A stretch of 64,000 bases of DNA from Spirogloea muscicola (GCA_009602725.1 WELB01000021.1:679502-743501), one strand, 5' to 3'. Positions 35,693-49,514 are shown, counted from the stretch's first letter. Program-made: numbers and translations. The notes: generated from the sequence alone by a model not told the origin.

Positions 35693-37383
35693 AACAATGC
35701 TTAACAAACGCTTCAAGAAAAGTGTGCAAGCAACAATAAGAGCATACTTGTATACTTGTAAGAGCACACAACTTGCTTGGTGCCCGTCACATGCAAATGC
35801 TAGCTGACCGCAGCAGCCGTCCATGGCCTCTTTGAGAGTGCGTGCTCCAGTTTTGAAGGAATTATTGACACAAGATTTGTTGCGAAGCGTCAGCAGACGA
35901 GGCTAGCGACAACGTCCATTTATATGCTTACGACCAACCTGAGGATGCGGTCTTCAGACAGCTTGAGGTCCTTCAGTAATTGAGATAAAGATCAATGGTG
36001 ATGCATAGTCCATGGAGACTTCGAGTTACTGCAATGCTCAGCACCCACGGCCAAATTCTGTACCTATATTCTGGCGGCTTCTTCCAAACAAAATTGAAAG
36101 ACCAAGCAGACCTTCGTAAGTACCTTGCAATATTACTGGCTCCAATGTGAGTGCGACTTGCTTATGGTGTTATCTTACATTATGACTACTTTGTCGACCT
36201 ACGATAATATGGCAATTTAGTGTGCTACTCTGTGAATCTTGCCTTATGTGCTTGAGCAGCACAAGTATAGCTGACACCGGGCTTGCTTAGAACATTCAGA
36301 AGCAAGTGCCCTTCAAGAGTACTCTAATAGAAAACGCGTGCGGTGCTTATGATTTCAAAGGGAGGCCAAGCTAACTGATTATACACAAAATCGTCAGACC
36401 TTGCTACTGCAGAAGAGTGTATTGGACATTCGGTCTTCTATCTAGAAGGTGGAAGGTATATCGTCTTAAACCAGATTATTCCGGTGGCAGCAAAAAGATG
36501 GTCGGATACGTACGTTAAGTGCTGTACTAGCTGGTGTCTGACTATCCTAGTGCACTTATATTCAGTACACAACCTCATGCAGCCCTACCGCTGAGGCTAA
36601 AGCATGTTTGTCACTGAGAACGACTGGCCAGAGCAATGAGTGCCATCATGACACTGAGAAGGCCCACAATAACAGGTCCAATGTATTGCGCGTGCCTGCG
36701 GAACAAACATAATCAGAAATAATCTGGGTCAAAGTAGCTCTCTGAACAGCTAGATAGCTGCGAGAGACTCAGCACAGGCAATTGGCAGCACAGATGGTGA
36801 AGCACACAGAATGTCTACTGGACAGGACCGGATTGCTAATTTTTCACATGTTTCTAGAACCCTTCTACAGAAGATGAGATCCAGGTTGTGCACAGCTACA
36901 GCATCCAACCTTATGAGGACGTTGTAAAAACAAGCCTGCCTCTCACCAGGACGGAACTTGCACTTGATGGAGAAAGGGCTCAGGCAAGAAGTACTGCTGA
37001 TAAGCTTTTGCCTCAACGTCAAGGATACGAAGAGCTAGGAAGAGTTGCACAGCGTAGTCATTTCGTGCTGCTTTCAGAGTTTCCGACGGCCCCCATGACA
37101 AGCTAAGCGTCTGCTCACACTAACAGTACAGCATCAGCAGCTCACTAACTTACTCAAGACTTGACTCACTTTAACTTACTCAAGACTTGAAGCTCACTGA
37201 CTTCAAGTCTTGAAAGCGTTGAAACGTTGAAAGCGTTGCCAAGAAGGTTGTGCTTGAGGTATCTGAAAAGGTTGAGAAGCTAGACTGCTGGAAAGCTAGC
37301 ATTTGAGAGCAAGTCTAGCACTAGGTAGTCGTCTGTGGCAGCACACAGAGACTTAGCACATGTACACAAAAACATGAATACAT

Positions 37384-37983
37384 ACCTTACTGCACGCGTA
37401 ATTTGCAGCATAAGTAGCTGCCACAAAATTCTCAACCCCAATCTTGATTCCAGTGGAAGGAGCTTTGTCTCTTCTACAGGATTCCACTACATTTTGTAAA
37501 ATCGATCTGATAGCCTGCAACACGAGCTCTCTGAAGTTTTCTGGTGATTGCTGGCGACTGGCGTCAGGCCAATTTTTCAAAACCTTTTCCCCGGCTTCTT
37601 TGACGGACAAGTACAGCTTCGCAAACAAGCATAACAATAGATTTGTCAGCTCAAGTGTGCTGTCTACAAGCAGTCCAGTAAGTCGCAATCATAGAAATGG
37701 TGTCGTTACAAAGGACATCAGAATCAATCTGTCCTGTGACTCGGCCGACCAGCAACAAGATGCAAACGCATGAAGGTGTGGCGGTCTCTTGTCACGTGAC
37801 TGCCACCACTTGAAGTGGCAACTCGGGTATGGAGCCTTGTCGCGGACATCTGTTCAGAAGTTGCATCCTGGAAGTCTCACTTACTGTGGGCGGCCTATCG
37901 GAAGCGCTGTTAAGAGGGGGTTGACCGTCAGCCACACTGCTTGTTCTTGACGAGGGTGGCTGCTCTGAGATCACGGGCGTCAT
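37384..37983 (-). pseudogene. Unidentified spliced gene or pseudogene fragment
   Basis: Exon-like ORFs MTPVISEQPPSS...ELPLQ and DRLILMSFVTTPFL*LRLTGLLVDSTLELTNLLL...NYACSK end at a GTATG donor, with one in-frame TGA. A TATATAAG lies on the minus strand at ~38325-38332. Confidence 0.3.
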
Positions 37984-38534
37984 GTGAGGGCCTCGCCGGA
38001 TCGCCAGAGGCACCCGTGCAAAGCGCCGACTGCGATCTGCGGAGCCGTCAGAAGTCAGAAGTCAGGAGTCGAACGCCGTCAGCGAGCCGTGCGCGCGCGG
38101 ATGAGCCGAGGGCAGAGCAAGGGGCGCAGGAGAGCGAGGGCGCACGAGAGGGCGGGCCTCTGGCGGGAGAGGGGGAAAGGCGTGGGCTGCCTACCCGTCG
38201 CCTGGGATGGTTGTGGCTGCTGACGTTGAAAGAGCAAGGCGCCGCCGCCGCTGTGCAAGCCGCAGCCGCCGTGTCTGCGCCGCCGCCGCCACCGTGTGGA
38301 TATAGAGAACAACCCGTCAACTAGCTTATATAGTGGCGCGTCAGAGTAGCGCGTGCATGGTGTCGGGCCCGGGCAGCCCCCGCCGCCGCGCCTGCCAGCC
38401 GCCGCTATCCTCTTCCCCCCCTCCCCTGCACCCCGCCTCACCTCTCCCCCGCCCTACCGGCCACCCATCTCGGTCCCCTCACCCTCTCTTCTAGCTCCCC
38501 CTTCTCTCCCCCCCTTTCCTCCTCTCTCTCGCTT

Positions 38535-38680
38535 CGTCCGGAAGCTGTCGGTTAGGACGACGACGTCCATGGGAAGCCGCGTGGCTCCCACGGGGACGCC
38601 GACCAGATCGACACGCCGCGTCCGAGGGACCCCGTTGCGGAGCTGGACGGGCGTCACCCCGGTGCTCTCCAGCGCCACTT
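38535..38680 (-). mobile_element. Isolated RLE catalytic-motif fragment
   Basis: ALESTGVTP...RTRRVDLVGVPVGATRLPMDVVVLTD matches the E...R-x-D...D-V pattern of RLE endonucleases. Confidence 0.55.
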
Positions 38681-38833
38681 AATATTCCGCCTCCTTGATA
38701 TCCCGCCCTGATGGTGTTCCACCCTGGCATTCCTCCCCCTCGCCTCCCTGGTCCTTCTCCTGGTTGCGGCGCCACCAGCGGCCGCAGGCGGCGGCAGGCC
38801 TGCCTGCGGTGACGCCCGCTGTGGCGCTGGAGG

Positions 38834-41800
38834 ATGGCGGCGGCGGCGGCGGTGGTGCCGGCGGCCGCGGGGCCCCAGCTGTGGCTGCCGACAGGGGGCC
38901 CCACCTGCGCCCGCCTGCTGGCCTGCGCCGCGCTGGTCGTCATCGCTGCCGCCACCGGCCTGCCCTACCTTCTCGTCGGCGACGGCTTGCAGGTGCCGCC
39001 GCAGACGACTACCGGCCACCCTGCCAGCCTCATCCCATCTCGGGCGCAGCAGCTCATGCTGAGCAGAAGGAGGCCCCGTCCCGCAGGCGAGCCGCGCGGC
39101 GTCGCTGGTGGCGGCGGCGCGTGACGCCGCAGGACCGCCTTCCCCGTCTTCCGAGCCCACGCTGTTGGACGAGGAGCGCATCTCCACTGTGCACAGCGCC
39201 AAGGTGGGCGGCGCATCCTGCCGTTGCCAGCGCCTGATGATAGCATGGCAGAAAGGCCTGCGTGCTGCCGGCGTGTCAGCTCGGATCGTCTGCAGCGTCT
39301 GCAATGCTAAACTCTAAACCCTAAACCTTAGAGCCTACTAGCATCCCGCAAGCATTGGTTGCCTAGTACAGAGTGCAGCTCTCGCCTAGTCTGCAGCGTT
39401 CCCAAGCTTTAGCTGTACATCAGTGTGCTGGGCGCCCATACAGTCAGGCGACTGGCTTAGGGCTGGCTTTCACAGCCCCAGCCCCCTCGTCGGGCCCGCC
39501 TTCCTGAAGGTGGGCCTTGAAGCGAGCCTGCTTGAAGATCATCTGGGGAGGTGGCAGGTGAAGCTCTATAATTGTGCGCTTAGACCAGACGCGGGGGGGG
39601 GGCTTCAATTTGAAGTAGTGAGGCCCACAGAGAGATAGAGGCCCAGCCCTGCTGCTGCCTGCTGCTGCAGCCCGTCTTTGCAGCCCGTCACTGCAAATCA
39701 TCGCCGGCTTTCTGTGAGTAGTCTGGGGCTGCTCCTTGGGAAGACACTTGCTGGCTTGTGCCCGTGAGGTAAGTCGCCGCATGTCGGCGGCACCTTGGGC
39801 AAGGTATTTCTGCTGCGTTGTGTGCGTAGTGCTTTACTGTGTTGGGGGTCGTTTTCTAAATTCCCAATGACCAGATCCATGAGGACGTTATCAGTCTTAC
39901 CTCTTTAATTAGTGGTGAACTGTCACAGGGGCGGATTGCTGATTCTCTTCGACGGTATTATTACGGTAAGAAGCAACTTGGGCTGGGAAAGCCTTCTTGT
40001 GAAATGTGCTAGTTTGAACAAGCGGGGAGGGGGAATCTCGGAGTGGGAATCAAACTTTGAAAGCACAATGCGCTCAACCAACCAACCTTTTGGACTACAT
40101 CTACACAACGCTGAGCTGCCATTCTACGTGACAGCAGGCCAGAGCGACCAAGGACAGATCTGCGGATCAAAGTCGGGTCAGTAGCCGTCGGTCAGCACGT
40201 GAAAGATTCTACATAACATCGTACATGGACCGGCGGATTCCAAGCCTTCCTGCCAAAAACTAAAGGTAGCCAAGCTTTCTGGAGCAAAGCAAGGGCCTAA
40301 GCTCGCGGCAGACAGTGTAAGAGAGGCTTGCGAACATCCAAGCCCAGGCGCGCAGGCAAGCAAGAAATATCTGGAAGGCAATGGGATGTGGCTGCAACGA
40401 ACACAGCTATAAAGCTGAAGGGCTAGGTCCAGATAACAGGAGTTTCTCCCAATAGGAGGCGATGTCTGTTAAAGGCCAGCCCATAAACGAATGGACAAGG
40501 TCTAAAGAGGCCGGAGAGTGGAAAATTAGTGCTAAACCAATGCCCACGCGAGTGGCTGTGACTTTTGTCCTCAGTCAGTCCTAGTCACAAGTCGCAAGTC
40601 AGAGTAGCTTGCAGCCGGGAAATTGTCAACGTGGCTGCTTCTGAGAAGAAATCAGTTGCAGCCAAAGCACGGCCTGCCCGCAAGTTCCACCGGAAAGCCT
40701 GAAAACGCTGAAGCGAGACTGATAGCACCTAAGAGCGACCCAGCGCACAGTGGCCGGGCTGTTTCACCTTGCGGGCCTTGGCCTTGGTGGGTTGCACGCC
40801 TCACAAGCTGCCGAAGAAGGTCACGTCCTTGGGTACAGTAGGCACAAATCCTTTAAACACCTAGACTTGGCTAGCTTCGTGACAGTAGCAAAGATAACGA
40901 GTTTATGAGTTGAATTTGCGTACATTCACTTTGAAGATGACCACACATGGCAATGCACTGGGTTTGCAAGGCTCAATCCTACGGAGAACCAAAAGACTAT
41001 CAAGGCATGTTGTACTGGCACTCTTCCAGGTTCTTCTCAAAGGGAAATGCCCCGCTGGCGGTTGGGGCTCGACCTCCACCAGCAGCTTGCACTACAAGCA
41101 GTGGCCCAGCGGCAGGATCAGCGGGGTGAGCTGCCACAAACAGGGCTGCGGGCTTGCTGGCTCAGTTGTGTCCTATGGCAGGCCCCTCCGTCTTGCTCTA
41201 GCGATCCCATTGCATCTACGTGCTAGCATGCCTTGGCTACCGCCTCTGGGTACCGACGAGGCTACTCTTTTTCTGCGAGCTCCTGGTCTGGACATTCATT
41301 GGTTGACAAGGGGTGCTGTGCGCCATCTTTAGTAATACTTGCTATTGCTGAGTGTTTTGGGGCTTCTCCAAGATCCCTGTCCAGCCTTTTGTGCTAGCCT
41401 TTCACAGCAAACCTTGTCTTTGCAAGGCTCTTTCCTTCACAAGTCATGACGAACAAGCAAGGAGAGTAAGGCTCCATTGTTGAGTCTTCTCTCTTTGTCA
41501 TGCGCACCAAAGGCCTCAGTGATCTCGATGCTTACCGACTTCAGGTCGTCGTTAAGCTTTTGATGGAAACGACATATTTAAGCGGCTCATATGCAAGGAG
41601 GGTGTCATTGCCAATTGGATATTAAATCTCGTGAGGCTTTTACACGTCTCATTTCCTGGCACTTCGTTTCGGTCTACCAGACGCTTATGAGCAACACAAG
41701 AAGATGCATAACACCAACTCTATCACAGACACCTTTTGTTGCCTCGCGTCAATCTCCTTACTCTTGCCAAAAGCCGCTTGGAAAACACTTACTCGAGAAC

Positions 41801-42120
41801 AGTTTTTGATGATTGTGTACAAGAAGATGGTTGGTCCCTTCCGTTGCACATGACTTCATTGCCGAATCCGAAGTACGGGAGGGGCTTGTCTCTCTGTACC
41901 TCGATGAATCATATCCAATATGGGATTTTGCACGTCAACTACCTCTCTATTCAATTCTAGCACTAAGGGTAAAACTCCATGGGCAGCCACATGGCCAAAA
42001 AACAGAAGTGGCATTTTTTACCTGTTTTGTCTTAGCCATTGTGTTGAACATTTATACGGCTTACGACCGGACGTGAATGGAAGACCTTTTCCTTATCAAA
42101 GGAGTACTTCTGCCAACTGA
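38834..42120 (+). pseudogene. Possible type II membrane protein gene, fragmented; product unknown
   Basis: A GC-rich first exon MAAAAAVVP...ARLLACAALVVIAAATGLPYLLV (TM-like) is followed by exon-like pieces at 39912-40380 and 41813-41970 with stops and frameshifts. Their linkage into one gene is unproven. Confidence 0.25.
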
Positions 42121-42585
42121 GCTACGTTGGCCCAAAACGGAGGACATCAAGATTCAAGCGACTGCACTGCACTGCACTGCAGAGCAGAAGCAGGGAGATT
42201 CTCTGTCTTAGTCGTTATCTCTCTATTTTGCTATCTCGCTATCTCGCTATGTCGCTATGTCGAGGCGAGAGGACCTAAAAGATCAAATTAACGAGATGAA
42301 ATATATACCTGTAATTTCATACGTCAAAAGCATGTGCTTTATTAATTGAACTACGCCCCCGCGTGGAGGAGATCAATGTCTGGACGAACGACTACAGCAA
42401 TAGCAACGTTGAAGGCAATCATTAATTACGTTCTTTTCGTCTTCGATATTGATGTCAAAAGTTTCAGGTGGTCGACCCAAATTGGAACATGCAAAAGTAG
42501 CAAACTTTGGGGTACAGAAGATTTTCTCGACAGCTTTGTCGACAAGCCCGCTTGCAACACTTTGGTATAGCTACAGCAAGCAAAG

Positions 42586-45549
42586 CTACTTTCCTCGTTC
42601 AGCTTGACTATTTTTCCAGGTCTGTGATATTTGACCTGGATCACTATTCAAGGCCTCGTTGTTATGGAGAATTTGGTAGTCAGCCATCAATGCCTCTGTG
42701 TCTGCGAACACGTTGCTGTCGTTGACTTCTGACCCTGTAAGCAAGTTCTCAATCCAGGTTGTTGTTCCAGCCAATGACATGCTGAAGTCTTCTGCATAAT
42801 ACATATCTCCTACTGCCTGCAAGAACTCGACAATTGTCTTAGGGTTCAAAGGAAATTGGACGCTGTCATGGCAGGCATTTGAATCCTGCAGAGCTCCGTG
42901 AAGCCATCAAAGCAGAAGCTCAAGCATGGAAGACTTGATTGGATATACTTATTGACGAAAACGAGAACCGATAGATGCAGATCATGCACTTAGTCAATCC
43001 GTGACTGACTCTGGTCGATGTTACCTGAGGCGCAAAAAGCTGCGAATAAAGTCTGTGATCGCAAGTGCTTACAGGATCCTCATGTCGCGGTTGATCTTGG
43101 CAAAAGCTAGACATCCCCATGACCTTGGCCACTAGAGTTCCTTCTAGAAGTGCTTCATAGTGACTTCCCTGAAAAGCAGCAGAAGGAAACGGCCATGTGA
43201 AATCGAAGTTTACATGCTTTCTCCTGTAACAGACCCTGCATGTTGACATACAAGCTAAGGATGCTTTGCAGCACCTTTCTGAAGCATTTAATAATTGTTT
43301 GCCTTGTTGTGGAAGAGTGAACGTTGATATCGATGATAAGCTCACAGATAACATACACACATAATCGAAGTAAAAAATGCTGTTGCATATGAGGAGGTCA
43401 CATTTTGAACCTGCAGAATGTGGCTTTCAATCTCACAGGCACTCATCGTCCACCTCATCAAGGATGAGCCTTGCTGATCCTGTCACCACAACAAGCGATG
43501 AAAGTCTGAGGAGTGGCAGGTCATTTCCGGTGTCGTCCCCCTCCACGTAGCATTGAGGCAGCACAGCTGCATGCTACTTCATATACATCACCCCAGCAAG
43601 ACCGGTACATCACAATAGCTGTCCGGAATCAGCATCCACTAAGACAAGGTCTTCAGCTGCTTATTATCTGTGCAAGCCCAGTTGTTGCAGCCATGCAGGT
43701 TACAGTGCACAGCTCATGCTGACAAGAAGATGATTTAGTTAGGACATCGCGCTTACAATTTGAGCAACATGTAGGCAGAAATTGAAGCTCACCAGATTTA
43801 TGCTGGGCGAAGCAGCTGCTTCTGTATCTTGCAGCTTGCACTTTCCTTTGTCAGCCACTCCATCGGCTGATGATGAGCCTGTATATGATGACCCTACATC
43901 ATCGCACGTTCTTGTGCAGAAATTTTCAGCAAGCCCCGTCTTGGTTGATCTCTCGCATTCGACTTGTGCTTCTGTCACAAAGATTGCAGGTGTTGTTGTC
44001 GGCTGAGGGCAACTCTCATGTGCTTCAGACCCGACCATACGAGGCCGTATAGCGCACAACACGATGTCAGCCTGCAAAGCAACCGGCAAGCATTTCATAC
44101 GTGATCGACTGCTGAGCCTTTTAACCTACAACTTTGCAGCACAAGGCGTATGTTACGCCTGAAGAAACACAGGGCTTGCACCTTCTCAGCATTCAGATGA
44201 AGAATGCCTGTATTGGGGCTCTGACTAGGAGAAGCTAAGCGGCACTTCGTAAGGCTTCCCTAAGAAGCTAATGAAGCTCTTACAATTCAAACCCTACACA
44301 GCCTAATGGGAAACAAGAGAATCACAATATAGTCAACAAGCGTGAGCTAGTGGATTGCAGACATGTGAGACGAGTTAGTAAACTGGAGTGTACACAAGCT
44401 GTGAGCTTGCTTACTTCTGCACACAGAGGATAAGCAGGGTACGTGGCATACCGAAAATGCTGCTGAATGATCGCCGTTGGAGCTTGTCAGTCTATACTCT
44501 GACATCGTCCATCCAGTTGCGACCTCTTTCACGGTGTGGGAGTTCTTGGTGCCGATCACTTCATCACTATTCGTGATGTAATACTTGTAAGTTTTCTTTG
44601 TGCCCGTCACTATGTTCCTGGCACATGCTACTCTTGTTGGCGCTCCTCCTGTGTCTCTCCAGCGGCCATCTCCTACGGTGCGATTTACATGCTCCACGCG
44701 CTCTTTGCTATTCAGCCACTTCCTGCTAGGAGCAGGACTGAAGTAGAAAAATGGATGACCTCCTTGGCAAGCTTGGGCTGCGCAACTCAAGCCGAAGGGG
44801 TTGCGTGAGAGGAGAAAGCTCACTGAAGCTGAGAAATGTTATGTTGTTGCAGCTGGAAATTGATGAGAATCAAAAGACCACGTTGAACGAGGGTCTCTAC
44901 AGATGTGTGGAGGAGATGATGGAGAAGGTGGACATTCGAGCATAAATGAGCACAGTAGTTGCTTGAAGGAATGTCATGGAAGCAGCTGGGTATATTGCTC
45001 GCATTGGACGAGTGGAAGGGTCATGACATTGTTGTGATAGGAGAGGAGATCATCAATTAGTTTGTGGTGCTTGGGCTAGACTGCAAGCCTATGACAAGTA
45101 TGACTGTGGCAGTGTATGTCAAGGTCCTCGTTGACGCACTAGCAAGCAGTTGCAAGTTGCTGAAGCCATATCACTGCCTTGATGACTTAATCACTGAAGC
45201 AAATCTCCTATTAGCAAGAAAAGATACACGCAAATGTGATGGTCTGAGGACCTGATGGTGGGAGCTTCCATGGGGGTTCCATGTAGACATTTCTGTCTGG
45301 AATGAATGGTGCAAGTGCTTTAAGCCGTGCGTGCATCTCCGCAGTGTAACCAGTCCCACCCTTTGCCTGTCTGTCCTTTGCATCCAAGTGCTCAATCAGG
45401 GTTGCGTCATTGATGGTCAGCTGTAGGCCAGGCACACGTTTGCCTTCAAAGTCTGGGTGCGATGATTCCAGCTGTTTGCAGCTCCAGCACACCTCTACTC
45501 GGTTGGTCGTTCGAGAATTCCTTGTGCCCATGCATTGGGCCCTGGCCAT
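42586..45549 (-). CDS. NAC: Divergent NAC-domain transcription factor
   Basis: In-frame GT/AG exons are 45549-45252 (PGLQLTINDATLIEHLDAK...FIPDRNVYMEPPWKLP), 44777-44452 (FFYFSP...VNRTVGDGRWRDTG...GTKKTYKYY...TGWTMSEYRL), 44071-43793 (ADIVLCAI) and 43718-43653 (stop). An acidic exon-like ORF ending at 42586 suggests a longer form. Confidence 0.85.
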
Positions 45550-47209
45550 CTGAAAGAAGGGGGGGTGGGTCCATGTGTTGACAACAGAAACCCACTTCGT
45601 CAAAGAAAAGACGTGCACAACTACAGTTTCCACTTGCAGATGTCGCTGTTCAGGTGTTGTCCAAATACTTGCTAGCTCCACACGAGATGGAAGAGTGATG
45701 TTCAATTACTTGCTAGCTTCAATTTACTTGCTAGCTCCAATACAAGGGATGGAAGCGTGTGCTGTTCTCCGGCACATGTCTTTGCAAGACAATGCTTGAT
45801 GTAGCAACATCAACGGCCAGCAGGCTATGCGCAAGTCCAGCACGAACTCAGTACATCAAAGATTTGACACTTAATCAGCATGAGATCAGGTGTGGCTCAC
45901 CCGTCAGCAAAATTAGCAAACCAAAAGCTCATGTGCAGAGTCCCTCCTGTGCTCCATGTTTCACCACTTGCCAGTGGTCACGGTGTGAAGTGAAGGTTGT
46001 AAACGCTTTGAAGGACCTCTAGCGTTTCTTCTGGCTTGACATGCTAGCTAGCATGCTCAGCAGAGAGCAGCCAGTAGTCGGTATAGTGAGAGGGTCAGGC
46101 GCTTACATGAAACACCTGCACGTTCTTGTGAACATCAGGCGAGGCCACTGTGCTTGACACGGGAGGAGGTCAACATGCACGTATTGCACATCCAGGGGCT
46201 CTGCTGTCAATGAATGATCAGATTGCAGGATCATCGAACCAAGGCAGCTAGCTCAGCTCGCAAGTGCCTGCATTGACTTGCAAGAAGTGCTACCGGCTGG
46301 AGCCAGCAGGATCAATTCGTGGCGGTTGCCGCAGGCTTGTTGTGCAGCCTTGGCGATCAAGCGTAGGCAGACATCAGACGAGCACTTACTTTGAGAAAGC
46401 ACGCCCACTCCAACGTTAGCAAAGCAAGGCTGATGCAGCACAAGGCGCGTGGCGGCCGACTCAGGGCCGACTCAAGCCAGCTGCAGCGCCGCGCTGCAGA
46501 GCAGACCGAAGTCAGCACTGGCTGGGCCTCGCCCGCGCTGTGTATGCCAAGGCCGCAGGTTTGCCGCTGCTGGCCTCGACCAGTGGCGGCAGCTCGCCGA
46601 GGGGGACTTGTCGAGCCGCGGGATGCGGCAGAATGCTGGAAGAGTAAGAGGAATGAGACGTGGGCTCTTCTGGCTGCTGGACAGCAGCGTATGAAGATAG
46701 CAGTGGGCAGAGGGACGGAGCCAGGCGCCTGCTTGGCGGGCAGCCCCCGCTGGCCTGTGGCGGACGACGTCCGCCAGGACGGCGGGGACGCCCAGCCACG
46801 CCACTCGCAAGCGGGTGGCGCATATGTGCGAATCTTGTGTATGGCGAGGGAATTGCGAGCTCCAACATTGAGAGTCATTTGCTCAGGGGGGCGAGCCATT
46901 CCCATCCACATCGATGAGCAAATACTTGTACTTGGAAAGAAGACAAGTTTGGCCTCTTCTCATTCCAGCAACTGGGTCCTGCTTCGGCAAGGGGGGGGGG
47001 CACCGGCGCGTGTCACTACCACAGTTGCGACCGAGCAGCCTCGGCACACTTGCATGCAATTTTGGCTGGGCCCGGGCGAGCGCGAATGGAGGGAGCGGGC
47101 CCACTGCTCGGACCTTGTCCAATTCTTTCGGACTCGCTTTTCGCTGCCCTCGTTCACTTTGTTCTTTTTGTTGGAGGAGCTTACTTTCGCTTGCCACAAG
47201 GCCGTCCGT

Positions 47210-47830
47210 GACATTTAGTGATTGTTCTGGGCTGGCATTTCACATTCCTTTTGGGCTGGACTTTCACGGTCACTCCTTATATTGGACGAGCTGTTCCTTT
47301 TCTGTAAGACGTCAGCAAATGGGCTCTCAGTGACCTTTAATCATTACGTGCAAGTTCCCCGCCTCCTTTGTCCCCCCCCCTCCATTCCTCCTGCCACTGC
47401 TACTGCCTCACTCCTCTAGCTTCAGAAGCGGACGCATGAAAGGCCCCCGGGGGCTCTGCCGGCCCTCCTTTCCCTATTTTCAGAAAGCTGGGCGAGCTCT
47501 AGTTGGTGGCAGAAGGGCTTCGTATCTGCCATCCAGTATTCAGGCGTCGGATAGCAACCTTTATTTTTGACCCGTGGTTACTGAGCGGGTCAATCTATTG
47601 TAATTATGTAGGTCTTAATATGTGCTTGCCTTTGTACTTGGCCGATTGGCCTTCGCTTGTTTCAAATACACAGAATCTTCCCCCCCCCCTTACCTTTGCC
47701 TGCCACTGCTGCTGCTCTACTCCTCTAGCAGCTCCAGTAGCTGCTAGATGCTAGCTGCTACGTCATTTGATGTGCTTTGCCTTCGTACTTGGCCATATTG
47801 GCCTTCAATTGATTCAAATACACGAAAATT
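47210..47830 (+). mobile_element. CRE-like tails (type A degenerate; type B twice) and C-terminal fragment
   Basis: CAGAAAGCTGGGCGAGCTCTAGTTGGTGGCAGAAGGGCTTCG...CCGTGGTTACTGAG matches 2160-2265. Type-B tails lie at 47620 and 47770. Confidence 0.7.
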
Positions 47831-48469
47831 TTCTTAGGAAGATGCTCATTTTTCAAACTTCCGAAAAGAAGGCGAAAACGACAATATGCCTGGAAGCACT
47901 TTCTTAAAATTAATGGAAAGAGGGAATGGGGGACGCCGATGGGAGCCTCACGCGGCCCCCTTCCTTGGTTGACCTGAGGAAACCCGTTGACTATATTACA
48001 ATGGACTCTTCCGGCTAGGCGCCCCTTGCGCAACGAATACAAACAGCTCTGCGCACACAAACAGCAATGAAAGCAAGCGTCTGAGTCGTCCGCCAAGGCG
48101 GTAAGTGAAATTTGCAATATTGGCAGCGCCTGCCAGCCAAGATGCAGCCAGCTAAGTGGCGGTGCAAATGTGAGCCTGACAGAAAAAAGAATTGGCGATC
48201 ACAGCAGACTGTGGATGCTGCAATTATTTGCCGCTTCCCAGGTGTTCAATGCCACGAAAAGCTCAGACAAGACAACAGATGCGCAACTAGTGGGGCTGCC
48301 CTGCTCACTGCAGTACGAAACCGCAACTTATATTTTACCATTTGCACACAAAGACCACCCAGATAGTGTCCCGCTTCTGGTGTGAGTGGGCGTCGCTGCT
48401 TGTGAATACGCCTAAAAAACATGCCGACTTGTCAGCGCCATGGTCCTCGGCACTAAGATGAGAGAAGCG

Positions 48470-49410
48470 CGTCCAAATTGAGAGCAGTGGCTGTGAGAGG
48501 CCAGCCCAAAAGAATGGACAAGGTCTGAAAAGAAAAAGGGCCGGAGGGCACAAGAAGCAAGATACAAACCACGAAGTCAGCAAGTGGGCTCTCAGTAAAC
48601 TCTAGTCAGTAAATGGAGGTCGGAGTAGCTAGAGGGCGGAAAGACGTCGCCCTGACAGAATCCGGAGGCAGTAGCCACGGCGCGACCTGCACGTACGTGG
48701 ACGGCAAAGGCAAGGGACCTCTGCAGGGAGATGGCCAGGCGCATCCGGAGCGCTGATCCTGGGCCTAGCCTCTGCACAAGCAACAGCGCTGCCAAATTGA
48801 CTGGAGGCTGTGAGAGGCCAGCCCAAAGGAATGGAGAATTCTGAAGGAGCCGGATGGCGCAACAAGCAAGGTACGAAGTGCTAAGACGGCAGCAAGGGGG
48901 GTCTCAGTAACCTCTAGTCAGTAATTGCAAATCGAAATAGCTAAGCAGGCGGATAGACGTCGCCCTGTCGGACCCCGGAGGCCGCAGCCAAAGCGCGGCC
49001 TGCACGCAAGTGGACAGCGAAGGCAAGGGACCGCTGCAGGGAAATGGCCAAGCGCATCCGGAATACTTGAGCAAGGGACCCGGCGGCATTGAAGCCAGGC
49101 TGTTTGCTCTGCTGCCCTTGGCGGCGGGCCACTGCACGCCGCGCAAGGCGCTGGAGAAGGTCAAGCCAGCGAGTCCAAAACGCCCCGTGCACGTTGACGG
49201 CGACCGGGACGAACTCGTCCCCCACTAAGTGATCGGCGTGTTTGCGTTCCTTGACGCCCGCCGCTTGGCAGAGAAAGTGCGCGCCCATAGAGAAGATGGC
49301 TGGCAGAGGCCAGCCCGAATGGACAGAATCCAAAGAGCCAAAAAGACACCTAAAAGAAATGACACAGCTAGACACAAGACGACGCAACGGAAAGCTCAGT
49401 AACCCCTGCT
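48470..49410 (-). mobile_element. Three CRE-like 5'-truncated copies in head-to-tail array
   Basis: A tail-only copy (49410-49270) is followed by an RLE copy VKERKHADHLVGDEFVPVAVNVHGAF...RLAISLQRSL...LLTRGY* (49265-48790) and then RMRLAISLQRSLAF...SYSDLHLLTRVY* (48765-48470). Each ends in the hairpin module. Confidence 0.85.
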
Positions 49411-49514
49411 ACGCCGCTCCGCGGACTGCGTAGTCCGCCTCCTCCGACGAGCATTGGGCGCTCCGAGAACCGACGCAGTCGAGTGGTGACGACGTCGGCA
49501 ATTAGCCGGGGCTG

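Noticed and set aside
35860..37106. Plus-strand gene
   Set aside because: Only short exon-like frames with stops are present, with no identifiable product.
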